A stretch of DNA of 64,000 nt from a virus (Duplodnaviria > Heunggongvirae > Uroviricota > Caudoviricetes). Location: positions 194,140 through 258,139 of the IMG/VR virus record IMGVR_UViG_2595698548_000001. One strand, given 5' to 3'. The notes under the pieces were generated by a model. It saw only the letters and a program-made list of their open reading frames with translations, was not told the origin of the DNA and ran no database searches. Position 1 is the first letter of the stretch, and the number at the start of each line of letters is the position of its first letter. Of the stretch, positions 17,758-27,158 are shown piece by piece. The position numbers and the translations under genes were made by a program.

Positions 17758-20730
17758 ATGTACATTCCTGTAAGTCTTGCGAATGGTGCAACCTTCGTAG
17801 ATTGCGTGGTCGATGTGAGCGGTACCCTTGTGGCTGCGTGTGCTGTTCGGTACGAAGGCCAAGATTACGCTCCTGGTGTGGAAATTCAGGTAGAGCGTAC
17901 AAAGACTGTACGCTTGAGTACGACCGTATCGGCGTATGCTGAAATCTCCGTGATGCTCGCAGGCAAGCAGCATTACTGGTATGTCGATCTGCCGAAGAGC
18001 CTTCGCTACGTTGCCGCAAACGAGTATAAGTCGGTAACGGGCACAACCTACGGTAGCCTGCTGAACACTCAGACCCAAACGTCCCGCGCTTTTACACCCA
18101 CTGGAACATTCACTGGCGGTGATGCAGTTGCCGCCATCGACTTCGTTAAGAAGGACATCTGGTTCTTCAACACCAGCAATGAAGTCAAGAAACTCACCAT
18201 TGCAACGCAGCCCATTGCTGTGCTGTTCGTTCCGCGCTGGAGCGCCGTCGATGGCGTTACCACAACCTGCTATATCGCCACAGCATCGCAACTGCTTCGT
18301 TTGGACGCCAGCTTCAACGTGGCGGAGACCTTCGAAGTTGAAGCTGGCGTGGTTGCTGCGTCCGGCGACGTTGACGGCAACATCGTTCTCGCGTATGCCG
18401 ACAAGCTGGTTCGCTGGAAGGACAACGCGGTACTTGCCACGATCGTCGCACCCAACCTGAGCGCCGTGCATTCGCTGTTCGTAACGCCTGCCAACGACTA
18501 CGTGGTCGGGTGTGCTGCCGGGCTGACTATCAGCAAGTTCGAGGGCGGTAGCTGGGTTACGACCACGATCAACACTTATACGGGCCGCTACTGGGCCTTT
18601 GACATCAACGATACCTTCCTGTATGCGGTTGATGCAGGTAACCGACTGGTCGCCAAGATTTCTCTTGCCGACTATGCGTACACGCCCGTGTATTTCGACA
18701 AGGTACCACGAGACGTTGTTGTCAACGGTGACGATGTTTACGTGTCTTTCTTGAACGATGCAACGGCCAAGCGCTTCGACAAGGAACTGACCACAAGCCA
18801 AGACGTAACCGCCCTCAAGAGTTTTGGTGCAGCGTTCCTCGGTGCCTATCTGGTGACCGACCTGTACTCGAACGCGGCGGACGTCACGCTTGCAGAGCCT
18901 GCTGTAACAGCAGCCGTGAACCTCGTGGACAATATGCCACGATCGGAAGAAGTCGAACATCAGTGGACCGTTGACTGGGTACGCCCGGAGTTCGTTCGTC
19001 TGGGTACTACCGATGTCGTGATGCGCGTCAACGGCACGCCGTTCACGTCAGGTTATCTGCGGTCCGGTGACCTGGTCACGTTCACGATTCCCGCGACCAG
19101 TGAATGGTACTTCGATCGGAACGTGTCGCTCATCGGGCGCCGTGCTGTTACGTTCCGCTTCCGCACTGTACCTAAGTTGTACCCGGATACGGTGACCTTG
19201 CCACAGGTCCTCGAGGCCTTCCTGAAGGTAGAGTATTTGGAGAGCTTTGTCGTCGCTGGTATGACGTACGGGTTCACTACTACTGTGAGCACAGGCTCTC
19301 CAGAGCTCCTGTTCTCTGTCAATGGCGGTGCTTTCGGGACCACAGGTACCATCAAGAACGACGACGTTGTGGACGTGTCCGTGCGTATCACCTCGTTGAT
19401 TTCGCAACGTACCGCACACGACATCCTCGTGGATGATGCCGAGCAGCACGTGGCGTCTACCTGGACGGTACTCCCGATGACGCTCAACGGCGTCACGAAG
19501 CGCAACACTTCGGAAGTATTGAAGCCTCGCTTCGGTGAGCTGCACGTTCAGTCTGCAATCGAGACGCTCGACCCGTTCACACCCACGCTGTCTCCGTATG
19601 TCACCGTCGGGTACGATTCTGCCCAGTGGGAATTGGCAACTGACCGTGAAGCGTTCACGACTCAGTACGGCTGCACCAAACACAGCCAAGCGACAGTCGG
19701 AATCAGCGACGTGGCTCAATGGCTCATCAACTCCAAAGAGGTCAGCTTCGCCAAAGCCTCGCAGGGCCTGCACGTCCGCTACTCCCACGTCGTCAGTACA
19801 GACGCCGCCTACAGTGTAAATGCAAGTGCAGTGACCTTCCCCGGTGACACCGAAGTTGCATTGGTCGAGGCAGGCACTGTGGTGCATGCAAATGGGGTAT
19901 ACGCCATCGCTGCACAGTTCGCAGGCGCTGAGTTGTCTGCGGTGTACGCCATTGCTGCCCAGCATGCCTTTGCCGAACTCTCGGCAGAGTATTCTCTGGT
20001 GCCTGATGTGGTACGTCTGGAGATTGAGGCTGACTATGCGCGCGTCCCTGGCTATACTCGCATTGGTGTTGATGCTGATTGGGTTAGACCTTTGGGTGCT
20101 GAGCGCTACCTGACGTCAGCCGTCTACCAAGTGTTTGAATCTGGCGAGCGCGCTCCAGTGCAAGCCGCTTACGAGCTTGGTGTCAAAGGCAAGCGTGCAG
20201 TGTTCGAGGCCCAGCCTTCGCTGTCGTGGCGTTATCCGATGTCGGAAATCGAAACCCAGATGCTGCGTCGTGTGTCCAACGGCACCTACGTCATCGCTGG
20301 GCAGTACGATGTGCGCGAAGCAACAAACGTGCTGGAGTTTTCCGCGTCTGTGGTGTTGCGTCCGTCGGTTGAACTCTACGGCATGCACACTGTCTTCGAG
20401 CGACGTTCCAGCAACACTCGCTTTGAAGTGCAGCAGAATGTCGAGCGCCGCACCAGCAACACCATGTTGGTCGATCGCCCGGTTGTGGAGTTTATCCACT
20501 CTCAGCGCATCGGATACGCGCTTTCGGAAGACGCCAGTGCATTCTTCACGTCGCAAGAAGACGCGGAAGCCTATGCAGCGAGCATCAACCTGAGCGCCGG
20601 TGTTGTGTACAAGCAGATCAACGGAAAGTGGGTGTTCACGCTGACGCCGACCTCTTCCTCCGCTTCGTGTCCGCTTGGTGAACTGCCACCTGCGGCTTCG
20701 CGGCGCTTCGGTTACGTTGGAGGTGGTTAA
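17758..20730 (+). CDS. large structural protein (990 aa), baseplate/fibre candidate
   Basis: RBS TGGAG. It contains an internal 14-aa tandem duplication (VYAIAAQFAGAELSA / VYAIAAQHAFAELSA) at about 19900-19990. Confidence 0.7.
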   Translation: MYIPVSLANGATFVDCVVDVSGTLVAACAVRYEGQDYAPGVEIQVERTKTVRLSTTVSAYAEISVMLAGKQHYWYVDLPKSLRYVAANEYKSVTGTTYGSLLNTQTQTSRAFTPTGTFTGGDAVAAIDFVKKDIWFFNTSNEVKKLTIATQPIAVLFVPRWSAVDGVTTTCYIATASQLLRLDASFNVAETFEVEAGVVAASGDVDGNIVLAYADKLVRWKDNAVLATIVAPNLSAVHSLFVTPANDYVVGCAAGLTISKFEGGSWVTTTINTYTGRYWAFDINDTFLYAVDAGNRLVAKISLADYAYTPVYFDKVPRDVVVNGDDVYVSFLNDATAKRFDKELTTSQDVTALKSFGAAFLGAYLVTDLYSNAADVTLAEPAVTAAVNLVDNMPRSEEVEHQWTVDWVRPEFVRLGTTDVVMRVNGTPFTSGYLRSGDLVTFTIPATSEWYFDRNVSLIGRRAVTFRFRTVPKLYPDTVTLPQVLEAFLKVEYLESFVVAGMTYGFTTTVSTGSPELLFSVNGGAFGTTGTIKNDDVVDVSVRITSLISQRTAHDILVDDAEQHVASTWTVLPMTLNGVTKRNTSEVLKPRFGELHVQSAIETLDPFTPTLSPYVTVGYDSAQWELATDREAFTTQYGCTKHSQATVGISDVAQWLINSKEVSFAKASQGLHVRYSHVVSTDAAYSVNASAVTFPGDTEVALVEAGTVVHANGVYAIAAQFAGAELSAVYAIAAQHAFAELSAEYSLVPDVVRLEIEADYARVPGYTRIGVDADWVRPLGAERYLTSAVYQVFESGERAPVQAAYELGVKGKRAVFEAQPSLSWRYPMSEIETQMLRRVSNGTYVIAGQYDVREATNVLEFSASVVLRPSVELYGMHTVFERRSSNTRFEVQQNVERRTSNTMLVDRPVVEFIHSQRIGYALSEDASAFFTSQEDAEAYAASINLSAGVVYKQINGKWVFTLTPTSSSASCPLGELPPAASRRFGYVGGG

Positions 20731-21257
20731 TGCTTAGTTCCGAGGTGTTTCGTTTTGCCAAGCCCGGAATCGCCGTGCTGACAGGTGTGGTCAAGGCCGC
20801 ATCTGTCGGTGTGACGAATACCCCGTTCGTTGACTCGATTGCTATGGTGCCTAAAAACCGTGCCTTGTTCGATGTCATCGCTGCTGATGGCCGCGTGCTC
20901 AACCGTGCAGAAGGGTTCGAGCCTGACTACTGGTTCGATAATGGCAACCTTGTTGTGCGTCAAGCAGGTAGCTATACACTGCGCGAGTACGACAAGATCG
21001 GTCCTTTCGAGGATGCCGTTGTCAAGCCAGGTAGAAACTTCGTGCTGTCCGATGGCGGCGCCTTTCGTGTAGGCGTACCGTTCTGGCCGCAGGTGCTGTC
21101 TCAGCCTGAGAATGGCGTAGCGCGAGTTTCCAATGACGGAAAGAGCCTGGCGTATGTCTCGCAGGGTTTCCGAGGTCAAGCCTCGTTTGCGTATCGCATG
21201 GTCAACGCTTACGGTCAAGTGAGTGAGCCTGCGTGCGCGTACATCACAGCAATATAA
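20730..21257 (+). CDS. hypothetical structural protein
   Basis: RBS GGAGGTGG. The ATG overlaps the upstream TAA. Confidence 0.6.
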   Translation: MLSSEVFRFAKPGIAVLTGVVKAASVGVTNTPFVDSIAMVPKNRALFDVIAADGRVLNRAEGFEPDYWFDNGNLVVRQAGSYTLREYDKIGPFEDAVVKPGRNFVLSDGGAFRVGVPFWPQVLSQPENGVARVSNDGKSLAYVSQGFRGQASFAYRMVNAYGQVSEPACAYITAI

Positions 21258-21265
21258 ACGCAACA

Positions 21266-21299
21266 GGCTGTGGAGCTGAGGCTCTACGGCCTTTTTGCG
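21266..21299 (+). terminator. rho-independent terminator
   Basis: An 11-bp stem, GGCTGTGGAGC / GCTCTACGGCC (two G-U pairs), with loop TGAG, followed by TTTTTGCG. Confidence 0.65.
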
Positions 21300-21330
21300 T
21301 ATCTATGCCAACATTTTTACGGGGAATCAT

Positions 21331-23094
21331 ATGAAACTCGTTCCGTTGCGGCGCAAAGGAATTCCGGCGCGCAGCGCAGTCGCAGGCTTTCGCGACGGCA
21401 AAGCGTACTACGGAGATTACGAGGTAACCCGCGTGGCTGAAAACAACTACGCAGCCCAACAAGATTTTCGCTGGCGAGTCCGCGACAATCTGCTGTTGGA
21501 GTCTGAGAGTTCCTCCTGCTTTCAGCGTATCGCTGGTCGTCCTGACATCATTGATTACGCACCTATCGGCACCCTCCGTGGAGTGCGCAACATGCTGTTC
21601 ACTTCGCAGCTTGGGGTTACCGCTGGAAAGAAGTTCTATTTCAGTAAGGGCTTTCTGGTAAGCGAGGACAACAAGATTCGACTGAACGCTGTCCATGTGT
21701 CTGGAAGCACTACCACGCAGTTCTCGGACCTGACGTATAACCATGGGGAGTTCCTGTTCGAGACAGTCGATTACTTCTGCATGCGGTTAATCAGAGGTCC
21801 ACGCGAGTTCTCCAACAACGCAAACTCTACCTATCTTGTCATGGTGTCTAAGCGCCCGTTCGATTTGGCGAACGTGTACGTTGCAAGTGGCGTTGTGGAT
21901 TTTGTCTACTTGGGTAAAAATCGCGCCACGTCTGCGGATGGTCGGCACACTCTGTTGATGTTGGCTTCAGGTCTTGCTACGGAATCCGGCAACGCTGTCC
22001 TACATTCAACAACGCTGACCAAAATCGCCGAAGCTACCGTGATCAGCTTGGAGAACGAGAATGCCCCATCCGTCGCTGCCTCATGGAAGTACCTGATCAC
22101 TGGACGTACTATCGGCGGTGGGCGCGTAGGTTCGACACTAGACTTGACCAAGTTTACACCGACCTTCGTGCGAGACATGGTTGAGTACGACAACGATGGC
22201 TTCATCAAGCGGATTGCCTACGTTGGACACGTACCAGAGCTCGGTGCCGAGCAGTGGAACTATACGGGATCGTCGCAGCCCGTGACTTTTCAAGAGACAC
22301 TTGGCGTCAACCACTTAGAGTTCTCCACTCGAGGCGATGACTCCGCACCGTACATCACTGTGGCGTATCAGCCAATACCTCTGTCTGCTGCGATGTTGGC
22401 AGCGACACCGTCAATCATAGCTACCGACAGTACGCATCAGTTCGTGACGTTGGCGACATTAGCGGCTTGGAAGCACGGCTCTAAGTTTTACGTGGCTGCA
22501 TACGGTTCTATGGGTATGGCAAAATACCTACGCCGCTACGCAGCACAGGCTCCAGTATATCCGCTGACTGTGTTCTCTTACGATGTGGATGCCGCGAACG
22601 TGCTGTCCAACAGACAAGTCCACGAGTTCCCGGTCGATGGTGGCGTACAAGCGCAATTGGGTACGTACCTGGTTTCGGCAGATGGTGGTTACGTTTGGTT
22701 CCCTAGCCACAGTAACGGTAGCGTTGTGTGTCTTGACGTAACTGGCGCAACCCCGCAACTGCACGCTGCCTCGATCGGAGGAACGTACTTCCAATTCATG
22801 GGAGTTCACGGCGATCAATTTATGGGCCTACAGGACAACGTGCCGTACATGATGCGCCCAACCCCAGACGCGACGTTCACGATGACATTCGACAAGACGG
22901 AGTACCTAAGAGGAGAATCTGGTGTTCTGTCAGTTTCGGCATCCAGTGATTGCATCGTGAAGGTGCGTCTTTTCGGCTGCGTGACCCAGCAACGTGAAAC
23001 GGAATTGGATGTTGTCTTGACCGCGGACACACCAGAACTCATAAGCGTGCTGGTGAACTCTGACCCGATCGCACAAATCATTGAAGTGGAGTGA
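21331..23094 (+). CDS. structural paralog 1 of a triplicated ~600-aa family (baseplate / receptor-binding candidate)
   Basis: ATG at 21331 follows GGGGAA. It shares an N-terminal ..LGVTAGKKFYF.. motif, a mid ..DFVYLGKN.. motif and a C-terminal Ig-like ..YLRGESGVLSVS...VKVRLFGC.. domain with the next two genes. Confidence 0.7.
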   Translation: MKLVPLRRKGIPARSAVAGFRDGKAYYGDYEVTRVAENNYAAQQDFRWRVRDNLLLESESSSCFQRIAGRPDIIDYAPIGTLRGVRNMLFTSQLGVTAGKKFYFSKGFLVSEDNKIRLNAVHVSGSTTTQFSDLTYNHGEFLFETVDYFCMRLIRGPREFSNNANSTYLVMVSKRPFDLANVYVASGVVDFVYLGKNRATSADGRHTLLMLASGLATESGNAVLHSTTLTKIAEATVISLENENAPSVAASWKYLITGRTIGGGRVGSTLDLTKFTPTFVRDMVEYDNDGFIKRIAYVGHVPELGAEQWNYTGSSQPVTFQETLGVNHLEFSTRGDDSAPYITVAYQPIPLSAAMLAATPSIIATDSTHQFVTLATLAAWKHGSKFYVAAYGSMGMAKYLRRYAAQAPVYPLTVFSYDVDAANVLSNRQVHEFPVDGGVQAQLGTYLVSADGGYVWFPSHSNGSVVCLDVTGATPQLHAASIGGTYFQFMGVHGDQFMGLQDNVPYMMRPTPDATFTMTFDKTEYLRGESGVLSVSASSDCIVKVRLFGCVTQQRETELDVVLTADTPELISVLVNSDPIAQIIEVE

Positions 23095-23098
23095 TCAA

Positions 23099-24982
23099 AT
23101 GCGCGTGGCTAAAATAGCAAGACGCCAAAAGAGCCCGGTGAGCCCACAGTTCGGCGAGCACTTCGGGAAAATTTTCAGTGATGATCTGTACGAAGACGGA
23201 CTACCCAGGCCGCGCTTCCCGTACATGCGCAATGCTCCAGCGCAAACCTGGGTGGGCATGGTCCCAAATCAAGTGGTGTCTACCCAGCAGTGCTCGTTCA
23301 CGCCAGGCACTGGCCTTGGGACTATTGGTGTGTCTGTGGCAAGTCTTCCCCACATTAACGGACACAACAGCGAGTGGTTCTGGTCAACCAAGGGCATCAC
23401 TGCAGGGAACCGCTACCGTTCGTACAACGGACGTATGTACGATCAGAACGGGGAGATTTACTTCTCCCCATACAACATCGGTCAGACGTTCTATGACGGT
23501 GATACCGTTGTTGCCGGTTGGGGACTGGAGATCGTATACGAGACTGCTCAGGTCTTCTTGATCAAGTTGATTGCCCGTCCAAGCACGACCTCCTATCAGG
23601 GCGTTTTCGATGGTGGTGGTTACGGCACGTGCGCTCTTGCCATGCTGTTCAAGTCCAACAAGAGCGTGCAAAACGAACTGCTCGGAAACTTCGACATCCA
23701 CTATCTTGGACGCACGCCAGATAGTGCCCTGGGCGCGAACGACGGAAAGACAACCTTTTTGGTGCAGTCGCATCTGTTGCGCTCACACTCGTATCAAACT
23801 GGCATAGTGGATGACTTGGGTACAAGCACAGGACACGGTGCAAAATTCCACTTGTTGCAGTTGGACGAGTCCGTGAATATCCAGTCGCACCCTGCTTGGA
23901 AGTTCTCGCTTCTGGCAAGAGTCGGCTCTGGCATTCAAGGTTTCATTGCACCAAAGCAGAAATTGCTCATTGCCTTCGACAAGTCGACCTGCCGGTACGA
24001 CGAAGACGACCGCATCGTCGGCTTTTCTTTCGCTGGTGCTGATACTGCTAAAGTTGCCGAATCGTGGCCGTTGTTGTCAGCGGCTATGCAATTCGGATTG
24101 GACGACAATCTGTCCGTGTTCAACGTGGACTTTACCGGACCTTCGACCTTTGGTGTGGTAGCGTCTCCGAAGTTGCCTCTGCCTGCCCAGTGGCTTTCCG
24201 CCCAATGGTTGCTGAACAGTGGCACATCCAACAACTTCGTACTGTCGCTCGCTAATGGTAAGTCGTGGTCGTATGTCCATGACGGCCTGAAGTATCTGGC
24301 TGTATTCCTGAATGCTACTGGCTTCGATGAATATCGGTACAGCGACACGACCAGCTTTGCCAACGTGCGTACTCCGCCAGCACTGCCTCCTTTGCTCTTT
24401 CGTGCGCCGATCAACGACCAGGGAGTCGTGTCTGGACCGTGGAGTGTGACGGAGTATCCTGTGCATTTTGGCATTGGTTTGCGCGAACGTGCGATGCTGC
24501 TGACTGAATCCAGGAAGCGTCTGGTCATGGCTCACGAACAAGTGCGCTACGCCTTTCGCCAACTGAACACGCCGACAGTCGATCCGCAAAACGTCATCGT
24601 TACGATTGACGCTGCGACAGGCGAGCATGAAATACACAGGCTGCCAGAGGGCGATCAGTTCGAGATCGGTATCGTGTCCTTCGGCGTCAGTGGCGAGGAT
24701 GTTTACGTTCTCACCCGAGATTTCTGCCAATACGTGCTGCGTCCAAATGGCATCCTCCCGACGCTGTCGCTGGACAAAGAGACATACCAGCGTGGAGATA
24801 CCGCGACGCTGACCATCACCGTCCCGGAGTCGTGTCGTGTTAAGCTGGAGCTGTTCGGATGCAGGTACGAGGGTAACCGCAATATCGATGTCTTGGTCGC
24901 CGCAAGCGAGCAACTACAATTAGACGTGGTAGGCTGCGTTGAAGTGCATGTTACCTACTGCGAACCGGAGGTGCAAGAATGA
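23099..24982 (+). CDS. structural paralog 2
   Basis: ATG at 23099 follows GGAG. Motifs ..KGITAGNRYRS.., ..DIHYLGRT.. and C-terminal ..YQRGDTATLTITV...VKLELFGC... Confidence 0.7.
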   Translation: MRVAKIARRQKSPVSPQFGEHFGKIFSDDLYEDGLPRPRFPYMRNAPAQTWVGMVPNQVVSTQQCSFTPGTGLGTIGVSVASLPHINGHNSEWFWSTKGITAGNRYRSYNGRMYDQNGEIYFSPYNIGQTFYDGDTVVAGWGLEIVYETAQVFLIKLIARPSTTSYQGVFDGGGYGTCALAMLFKSNKSVQNELLGNFDIHYLGRTPDSALGANDGKTTFLVQSHLLRSHSYQTGIVDDLGTSTGHGAKFHLLQLDESVNIQSHPAWKFSLLARVGSGIQGFIAPKQKLLIAFDKSTCRYDEDDRIVGFSFAGADTAKVAESWPLLSAAMQFGLDDNLSVFNVDFTGPSTFGVVASPKLPLPAQWLSAQWLLNSGTSNNFVLSLANGKSWSYVHDGLKYLAVFLNATGFDEYRYSDTTSFANVRTPPALPPLLFRAPINDQGVVSGPWSVTEYPVHFGIGLRERAMLLTESRKRLVMAHEQVRYAFRQLNTPTVDPQNVIVTIDAATGEHEIHRLPEGDQFEIGIVSFGVSGEDVYVLTRDFCQYVLRPNGILPTLSLDKETYQRGDTATLTITVPESCRVKLELFGCRYEGNRNIDVLVAASEQLQLDVVGCVEVHVTYCEPEVQE

Positions 24983-26766
24983 AGATAGTCCAGATGCCCG
25001 AGGACTTGAATCGCAGGAGCGAATACTTCGGGCTATATCGTGGAGAGCTGTATTCTGGCGACGTGGCCGTATCAGGTAATCCGGTTCCGAAAGCGTCTCG
25101 ATATTACCCGTCGAAGTCAAAACAGTTTGATGCCATCAAGATGGTGTCTTCCGGCTCCGGGTACCCGCAAGGAATGTTTATCGACGTTCCGGGTTCTTTG
25201 ATGGCGGTACAGGGGACGGCCAACTTTGTTGCTGTCGCAAACCCATCGCAGCTACGCGGCGCACAAAATCAACCGTTTGAGTCCAAGCTCGGCGCCACGG
25301 CTGGAAAGACTCTGTTCCAGCACGGCCACAACATCATCGTCAATCAGGACTACGAACAGGAATTCAGTATTTCAGGCACTGCACTGAACACGGCAAACGC
25401 CAACTCCGAGGGAGTGTCCGCCTTCTTCACCAACGGTCGTATCGTAGGTGAGACGAATACGCACCTGTTCGTGCACCAATTCCGCTTCGAGGATGGCGGC
25501 AACGATGAGTCCGCATTCTACGCACTGCACAAGGTGACTGGTGTTTTGATCCGGGTGCTGCGCGGGCGCTTTGACCTAGAGTATCTCGGAGAGGATTCCA
25601 ACTCCAATCCGCTGTTCTGGGTCAACGCACAGCAGCTAACTGATGCTCCTGCGAGCTTCTCTTTCGTAGGCACAGGAACGGGCGCCGGGTGCGCACAATA
25701 CCTGATGCGCGGAGTTCCTACTCCAACAGGGGTGGGGAACTTCGTGCAGGTGTACGTCGAGCGCATGGGCAATGGCGTCGCAAGCGGTGCTTCTGGACGG
25801 ACCAACTGCGTTACCTTGTGCTCGACTGACGCACCGATCGTCGAGTATGACGGCAACGGTAAAGTCGCGGCGTTCACCTTGCTCAATACAGACGACACTC
25901 GCCTTACGTGCGGCTCCAGCACCTTCCCGGGTTTGCGTGGCGGGTACTACGTCAACTGGTGTCGATATACGCTCAGTGCGGGCGTGCTGACTCGACAGAT
26001 TCTCCAACGTATCGACATCACCGAATACGAAGGAGCCGTGTTCAACAACCAAGACCCGTCGTACGGCAAGTCCTCCTCGCTGATTCAGTGCGTCTACTTC
26101 GTTGAGGACAATCAGCTATGCGCAGTCTTTGGTAACGGAGGTGCCCTGACATATCTTCCTTCGGACAACAGATTTCAGGCCGCCATTCTACCTACGCTGT
26201 TACTGCGTGCGTCCGTAGGAGAGCAGAACCAGCTCGGTGAGTTAGAGTGGCAGCGACTCGATCTAGCGGTGACGCCCAACTACGTCTTCAACTTCGGAAT
26301 GCTGGACAAGAAAGCCAAGAAGCTGTGGCAGGTTAGTTCTATGTCCTTCCGCAGGGACTTTCTTGAAGTGCGTTGCCTGAGTTTGTCGGATGTCCTGTGC
26401 GCCGACTACGGATATGTCTCGGGCAAGTCTTTCGCCATGGGTGCTGTGGATGGACGCCTCCTAGCAGCCGTGCAAGTCGAAGGCAACATGGTCAGGAAGT
26501 ATCAGTTCGTCTCCGAAGCGGTTGGAGCTAACGTCACTCTGGCTTTCAACCAAGCTGAGTACCAAGTCGGAGATACTGCGACGCTTACCGTGAACTCAGA
26601 CGTTGAGTTGCTGGTCACAGTGGAGCTCGACGGCGGTACGTTCTCGGATACCACAGACTCCAAAGAGTTTCAGGTGTTCGGCGAACTTCAACTGCCCGTG
26701 ACGGTCAAAGCTGCGCTCTCCGCCTCCGTGTCCAACATTCGTTTGCCTGAAGAGGTGCCAGAATGA
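24979..26766 (+). CDS. structural paralog 3
   Basis: RBS CGGAGGTG and ATGA overlap. Motifs ..LGATAGKTLFQ.., ..DLEYLGED.. and C-terminal ..YQVGDTATLTVNS... Confidence 0.7.
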   Translation: MKIVQMPEDLNRRSEYFGLYRGELYSGDVAVSGNPVPKASRYYPSKSKQFDAIKMVSSGSGYPQGMFIDVPGSLMAVQGTANFVAVANPSQLRGAQNQPFESKLGATAGKTLFQHGHNIIVNQDYEQEFSISGTALNTANANSEGVSAFFTNGRIVGETNTHLFVHQFRFEDGGNDESAFYALHKVTGVLIRVLRGRFDLEYLGEDSNSNPLFWVNAQQLTDAPASFSFVGTGTGAGCAQYLMRGVPTPTGVGNFVQVYVERMGNGVASGASGRTNCVTLCSTDAPIVEYDGNGKVAAFTLLNTDDTRLTCGSSTFPGLRGGYYVNWCRYTLSAGVLTRQILQRIDITEYEGAVFNNQDPSYGKSSSLIQCVYFVEDNQLCAVFGNGGALTYLPSDNRFQAAILPTLLLRASVGEQNQLGELEWQRLDLAVTPNYVFNFGMLDKKAKKLWQVSSMSFRRDFLEVRCLSLSDVLCADYGYVSGKSFAMGAVDGRLLAAVQVEGNMVRKYQFVSEAVGANVTLAFNQAEYQVGDTATLTVNSDVELLVTVELDGGTFSDTTDSKEFQVFGELQLPVTVKAALSASVSNIRLPEEVPE

Positions 26767-27158
26767 GCTTGACATCAATCTTTCGGCTCGCGCCTGTACG
26801 TGCAGCCGTCATAGGACCTAGCTTGTTGGGTGCCAAAACGGAGTACCGCAATCCTGGCATCAGCCTGCGCGTACTCGACGCCGACGCCGAAAAGGGTTCG
26901 TATGTCGGCGGTTTTCCTGCGGTAAAGTTGAGCTCCGTGCGTGATCGCTTTGCTATCTCCATGGGGAGCGTCACGGCGCCCGTCGGGGAGAAGCAACATT
27001 CTGCGTTGGCTCCAATATACGCATCGGCATCCGCCCGCGTCACCGATCAGCCGAGTGTTCAAGAAGGGCTGATCACGCATGTTCGCGTAACTACGGCAAG
27101 CGCTCGCATTGCCGCACCTGCTCACTCCACAGTTTCTATCGAGGTCGAATATGCGTAA
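26763..27158 (+). CDS. hypothetical small structural protein
   Basis: RBS GAGGTG and ATGA overlap. Confidence 0.5.
   Translation: MSLTSIFRLAPVRAAVIGPSLLGAKTEYRNPGISLRVLDADAEKGSYVGGFPAVKLSSVRDRFAISMGSVTAPVGEKQHSALAPIYASASARVTDQPSVQEGLITHVRVTTASARIAAPAHSTVSIEVEYA

Noticed and set aside
16676-18960. Minus-strand ORFs 16676..18046 and 17719..18960
   Set aside because: Antisense to the 16697 and 17758 genes. They span the intrinsic terminator and have no RBS.
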